Assembly: GCA_046538155.1 (NCBI GenBank)
Contig: JBKHJL010000020.1
Location: forward strand, 1-20,872
DNA: 20,872 nucleotides
Origin: Candidatus Micrarchaeia archaeon
Lineage (GTDB): Archaea > Micrarchaeota > Micrarchaeia > Anstonellales > Bilamarchaeaceae
Direction: 5' to 3'
Shown here: one piece after another, positions 16,553 to 20,872 of the stretch
How the letters are laid out: each line of letters begins with the position of its first letter
Position numbering within the stretch: the first letter of the stretch is position 1
The notes under the pieces: generated by a model
Database searches by the model: none
Told to the model about the DNA's origin: nothing
What the model saw: the letters and a program-made list of their open reading frames with translations, nothing else
Position numbers and translations under genes: made by a program

Positions 16553-18313
16553 ATGACTCCACGAAGGAGGCTGAAGCAAAGGCCAGCGGAAGCATCACCC
16601 GGTTCTTCCGGAAAAACTCGCAAATTCAATCCCTTCAGGGAAAAGAAGTTCAAGAATGCCCTGGAGCTGGTAAAGCTCCTCCACCATCACAAGGAGATAA
16701 AGAAAATCCAGAAAAATGGGACTTCCAACGAGGAAACCCTGGAAGAAAAGCTGGTTGATGCAGGATGGGGGGTGATTGTCGGCTCCATGAAGGTGCAGAA
16801 GCGGCTGGAGGAAGAAGGCATAAAGGCCACCTATAATCCGCTTGTTGCATACAGGAATGAGATAATCCTTAACCGTGCAAAGGATTTTTCCGGTTCTAAC
16901 TTTTTCGTTTACATAAAATTTACCAATTTCAAAACAACGGCGTTTTTTACCGACCCTTCTGCAGGAGAAGGCGGACGCGCGCTTACGAAGAAAAAGCTTA
17001 TGCGGAAGCGCTCTGTATATAGGGGCAAAAGCAAGTGGGCCGAGAAAACCGCCCTTGAGCTACTCCGGGTTTCCCGGAGAAAACCGGATGATGCGTTCTA
17101 TGCCTGCATCCACGGCCACTGGGGAGAAAACCATGGAAGGGATGACGGGATTTCACCGAGAAAAGATGTCATCAGGCAGTTAATACTCTGGCATTATGAT
17201 GTAGATGCCACAGGTTACCACAACTGGATAGATGGGAATGTAATGGCGGATATTGCCCGGACTGAAAAATCCCTTGGCATGCTAAAGGTCCTCTCAACAG
17301 AATTTACTTACCGGTTCCGCACATCTACATGCGATAATGGCCCCCATCTCAATCTCTGGTTTGCAGATGAAGAGACTGCAGGCGACTTCCAGAGGAGATT
17401 TCTGAAGGGGAAAGCAAGAAAGATGCCCGGCCTTGCCCCCAGCCAGGACAAGGAAGATGTGCTCGCATACATAAGGAGAAAGCGCCAGGAAAAGAAAATG
17501 GCCCTTGGGGTTGCTCATCCCTCCTGTCTCCTGAATCTGGGGGGGAGGCGCCTGCCTGTGGGCCTGATAAACATGCTGAACCTCAAGAATGAAGATGGAA
17601 AATACTACAAATGGGCATCCATCGTTTCATTTATTCAGCGTAATGCTGACGGCATCGGCGCCTTCAATCCCACGGTAGGAGGCATAGAAGTCCAGTTCAG
17701 AAACCCCAAGGTCCAGAAACAGATGGAAGAGCTTGTTACCGAGCTCGTCCCAAGATACATTGGGGGGGAAGCCAACCTGGATGAAAACAACATAAACATG
17801 GCTCTCGCGCTTTTTGCCAGGCATACAAAGGATAAGTTTGCATATTTTGACCATGACATCCACAATTATGCTTCTACAAAATACTATCTGAGGGCTGTTT
17901 CTCCACTTTCATATGGAAGAACAGTTTTCCATTTTGACCGGGAAAGCTTTTCCCTGCTTGAGAAGCGGGGCGGGCTCTCCTCAGAGGACGTAATACGCAT
18001 AATGCGCGGTAGAGGGATTTATTCTCCCGAAGTGGACAAGGAAGCGATAAGGGGGCTGTTTGAAACAGGGGATATTGAAAGGGGAACGGCTTCGCGAAAG
18101 ATGAGTGAGGGCAGCCGCAAGGCAGGAAAAGTGAAGATTTCCATGGATACTTTCCTTGAGCTAAAGGGGGAAGCTCTTGGACCGGTAAAGCAGAGGAGGA
18201 GCACTCTCCACAGCATACTCAAGGCGCCAAATGACATAAGAAGGAGCTTACAATACGTAAAGCTGGTCTGGAGGGAATGGGTACGCAGGACGAAAAGTAT
18301 GTGGAGGCCTTAG
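16553..18313 (+). CDS. Large basic protein with divergent PHP-like metallophosphoesterase domain
   Basis: Ordered motifs IHGH, TGYHN, STE, GPHL, VAHP, AFN and DHDIH parallel the PHP HxH / TDHN / E / H / AHP / N / SDAH series; GGAGGTG RBS before ATG 16553. Confidence 0.6.
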   Translation: MTPRRRLKQRPAEASPGSSGKTRKFNPFREKKFKNALELVKLLHHHKEIKKIQKNGTSNEETLEEKLVDAGWGVIVGSMKVQKRLEEEGIKATYNPLVAYRNEIILNRAKDFSGSNFFVYIKFTNFKTTAFFTDPSAGEGGRALTKKKLMRKRSVYRGKSKWAEKTALELLRVSRRKPDDAFYACIHGHWGENHGRDDGISPRKDVIRQLILWHYDVDATGYHNWIDGNVMADIARTEKSLGMLKVLSTEFTYRFRTSTCDNGPHLNLWFADEETAGDFQRRFLKGKARKMPGLAPSQDKEDVLAYIRRKRQEKKMALGVAHPSCLLNLGGRRLPVGLINMLNLKNEDGKYYKWASIVSFIQRNADGIGAFNPTVGGIEVQFRNPKVQKQMEELVTELVPRYIGGEANLDENNINMALALFARHTKDKFAYFDHDIHNYASTKYYLRAVSPLSYGRTVFHFDRESFSLLEKRGGLSSEDVIRIMRGRGIYSPEVDKEAIRGLFETGDIERGTASRKMSEGSRKAGKVKISMDTFLELKGEALGPVKQRRSTLHSILKAPNDIRRSLQYVKLVWREWVRRTKSMWRP

Positions 18314-18354
18314 GCTACATCTTTATAACCGATTCTGCCCACTAAACCAAATCA

Positions 18355-19386
18355 ATGCGAATAACCCATTTTGAACGCAAAGAAGGGGAAATGAGGCTCC
18401 ACCTGGAAACACTGGACGACCTCTGGCACCTTGAGAGGGTGCTGCGGGAAGGGGACAGGGTTGAAGCCAGGACCACCCGCAGCGTTAAGTTTGGGGAGGG
18501 CAAGGAGGAGCGGAAGCCGGTAAGGATACTCCTGGAAGTGGATAATGTTGAGTTCGCAGAATTCGCAAACCGCCTCCGTGTCGGGGGAAATATAATAAGC
18601 GGTTCGCCTGAGGAGTTCGTCCAGTTGGGGCGGCACCACACTTTTGACCTGGAGCCTGGCAGCAGGGTAAAAATCATAAAGCCCTGGAAAGGTTATGAGG
18701 TAAAAAGAATTGAAAGGGCGGTGGAGCAGTCAAGGCGCCCCCTGGTGCGAATCATAGTAATGGATGAGAATAACGCCACTACTGCAATCCTCCGCGGATA
18801 CGGGGTTTCCTATGGCCCGGAAATTTCCTGCACCGGGAGCAAGCGCGAAGGAAACTACGAGGATAAAGTCCGCCAGTATTATGGAGAAATTGCTTCCTAC
18901 ATATCAAAGCACCCGGAGCGGTTTATTGTTGCGGGCCCGGGATTTGCAAAAGACGGGCTGAAGGATTTTCTTAAAGAAAAGTATCCTGAACTGTTGGAAA
19001 TGGTTTCATTTGAATCCTGTTCTACTGCAGAAAAAAGCGGTGTAAACGAACTTCTGAAAAGAGGAGTAGTTGCAAAAATATCCGGGGAAGCCCAGCTGGA
19101 GAAAGAAGAGAAGCTTATTGAAGAGTTCATCGCCCACCTCTACAGGGAAGACGGGCTTGCCTCATATGGAATTGAAGAAGTCAATCTTGCGGTGGATTCC
19201 CGCGCGGTCAAAAAACTCCTGGTCCTTGATGAAAGCCTGCGAAAAGATAAGAGAATTGAGGAAATTGCGGAAAAGGCAGAAAAAGGCCGGGCTGAACTTG
19301 TGTTTTTTTCTTCCCAGAGCAATGCAGGGCACAAATTAAAGGGATTTGGAGGAATAGCTGCCCTCCTTCGTTTCCCCCTGGGATGA
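18355..19386 (+). CDS. pelA: mRNA surveillance protein Pelota (aDom34)
   Basis: ETLDDLWHL, RLRVGG.I, LGRHHT, VAGPGFAK, YG..EV..A and LKGFGGIAALLRF. Confidence 0.97.
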   Translation: MRITHFERKEGEMRLHLETLDDLWHLERVLREGDRVEARTTRSVKFGEGKEERKPVRILLEVDNVEFAEFANRLRVGGNIISGSPEEFVQLGRHHTFDLEPGSRVKIIKPWKGYEVKRIERAVEQSRRPLVRIIVMDENNATTAILRGYGVSYGPEISCTGSKREGNYEDKVRQYYGEIASYISKHPERFIVAGPGFAKDGLKDFLKEKYPELLEMVSFESCSTAEKSGVNELLKRGVVAKISGEAQLEKEEKLIEEFIAHLYREDGLASYGIEEVNLAVDSRAVKKLLVLDESLRKDKRIEEIAEKAEKGRAELVFFSSQSNAGHKLKGFGGIAALLRFPLG

Positions 19387-19483
19387 TTGCTCAGTTGGGC
19401 TCATACCAGTCTGGTGCATTCCCGCTGCACCCAGGCAAAGCATACTTTCATAATTGATACAGCAAAGGGTAAGATAGGTGGCT

Positions 19484-19798
19484 TCAAAGCGAAGCCGAAA
19501 GCATCCTCAGATATGCCTTTGCCGCATTAAGGGTGTCTTTCCCCTCCTTTGTAAGGGTGTAGTACTTCCTCCTCCCCTTCTCGCTGGATTTTATCAGCTT
19601 CTGCCCTTCCAGCATATGCAATACAATATATACCATAACTCTGCTGCAGCCGAACCCGAATCTCCTTTCCATCTCATCCGGAAGGGCATATGCATAGGCC
19701 TCCCCATCCTTGTTTATTATGGACATTATCGGGAGCCAGAGGTTCTCGGATGTCAGGTGCCTCTTAAGGCGCTTGAAAGGTTTTGTTTCTTTTTTCAT
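19484..19798 (-). CDS. PadR-family winged-helix transcriptional regulator
   Basis: YAYAL...., VYIVLHMLEGQKLI and RRKYYTLTKEG; start overlaps the stop of the upstream ORF. Confidence 0.85.
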   Translation of the reverse strand: MKKETKPFKRLKRHLTSENLWLPIMSIINKDGEAYAYALPDEMERRFGFGCSRVMVYIVLHMLEGQKLIKSSEKGRRKYYTLTKEGKDTLNAAKAYLRMLSASL

Positions 19799-20872
19799 GC
19801 ATTGTCACCTTTTTTTCCTTTTCTTTTTCTGACCTGGGGGGAACCATAACCTGCTGCGGTTGTTCGGCCTCTGGCCCTACGCAGAGATTCTTCATATTCC
19901 CTCCTTGTTTTTTCTTCTGCACTTGCCAAGTTTGCTTCTACCGTATGGTGACTATCATGATAAATTCCTTGTGATTGTTCTTCCGCTATTTGTTCTTTTT
20001 GTCTTTTTATCCACTCGGCTCGCTCTCTAAAGGCATTCATTTTCACCCGGGCCTCTCTTCTCTTTATTTCTTTGTCTAATATCCTTTTTTGCACTTCTTC
20101 TGGTCTTTCAGATTCTGGAACCATTTTTGCTCCATATTCCTGCAGCCTGTTTACTCTTTCATCAGTAATCATACTTCCTGCACTGTGATGATCTGAATAC
20201 TTATAATCGCCAACAACCTCTTTTATTTTTGACACTCCTTTAGCAGGGTTGTTGGGATTGTAATGTTTTACGGTATCGCTTGCAGCCTGCTCCGCGCTAT
20301 GACGGATATTGGCTATATTTATATCTGCATCAGGCTCATGAATATCATAATAATTTTGAAGTTTCCTATCTACTTCTTCCTGGGATACTGTCGGGTCCTG
20401 TGAGCGAATTATTCTTTCGTGTTCAGAAGGCAGGGTTTTTGCTCCATGGATTGTTTTTGCAATGCTGTCCATGTAGGATTTTTCCACATATCCTCTGATT
20501 TTATCCTTTGCCAGTTCTCTCTCAGTTGGGGTGGATTTGGGATCCTCAAGGGCATTTAAGGGCAACCTTGTAGAATCCACTTCATTCACGAAGGCGCGAT
20601 AAGCATACTTATATCCTGCGTCTCTTGCATCATCCCTGAGCTCATCTACGTCTACCCCCACTTCCGGCTCTTGGGTATTATAATATTCCTGCATCTTAGT
20701 ATCTATTCCATCTTGCGACAACTCTGGATTCTGGTATCTTATTTCCTGTTCAAGCTCAGAGGGTGGTTTGGATAAGCCTAATTTGGCTGCTTCCTCATCC
20801 ATATGTTGTACTCCAGCCTGAGAGAAATATTTTGGAGTACTATGGATAACATGGTAAATGCTTCCATCATCA
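19795..20872 (-). CDS. Large charged hypothetical protein with an internal repeat (5' end beyond window)
   Basis: The frame stays open upstream of ATG 20802 to the window edge (DDGSIYHVIHSTPKYFSQAGVQH-MDEE...); helical, charged composition. Confidence 0.7.
   Translation of the reverse strand, partial: DDGSIYHVIHSTPKYFSQAGVQHMDEEAAKLGLSKPPSELEQEIRYQNPELSQDGIDTKMQEYYNTQEPEVGVDVDELRDDARDAGYKYAYRAFVNEVDSTRLPLNALEDPKSTPTERELAKDKIRGYVEKSYMDSIAKTIHGAKTLPSEHERIIRSQDPTVSQEEVDRKLQNYYDIHEPDADINIANIRHSAEQAASDTVKHYNPNNPAKGVSKIKEVVGDYKYSDHHSAGSMITDERVNRLQEYGAKMVPESERPEEVQKRILDKEIKRREARVKMNAFRERAEWIKRQKEQIAEEQSQGIYHDSHHTVEANLASAEEKTRREYEESLRRARGRTTAAGYGSPQVRKRKGKKGDNA

Noticed and set aside
19387..19483. 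Short hairpins and a 16-codon minus-strand ORF between pelota and padR
   Set aside because: Stems are only 4-5 bp and the ORF is tiny; indistinguishable from chance, at most a terminator region.

Overview
Archaeal chromosomal segment. The archaeal call rests on Rpo6/RpoK, pelota, archease, archaeal/eukaryal-type GlyRS, a split GMP synthase subunit B, EndoQ, an intron-containing tRNA-Trp and an A1-U72 tRNA-Gln; a DPANN/Micrarchaeota-like origin is only my impression. Most of the window is housekeeping: four tRNAs, translation, repair and purine genes, plus a small cluster of surface proteins. The most striking feature is in the first 4 kb, where the perfect palindrome TGTAA-CCATGG-TTACA occurs three times, each at a gene 3' end. 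In two copies it supplies the stop codon and in the third it provides an in-frame backup stop. The three copies delimit two modules, [RHH antitoxin + MazF/PemK toxin] and [argH-argG + ACT regulator]. Together these modules separate two co-oriented folate/purine genes (5-formyl-THF cyclo-ligase and purN). The TAA-N6-TTA geometry resembles Xer/dif tyrosine-recombinase sites, suggesting a possible archaeal 'dif-module' cassette array; no recombinase is encoded in the window. Other points of interest: 11-bp-phased operator repeats at the TA promoter, a eukaryote-like ArgG, a shared Cys-hydrophobic-basic C-terminal tail on two secreted proteins, a tRNA-Ala with a covarying A18/G55 elbow, a relaxed-BHB tRNA-Trp intron abutting a CDS, a divergent PHP protein, and an rpoK gene missing from the ORF track.
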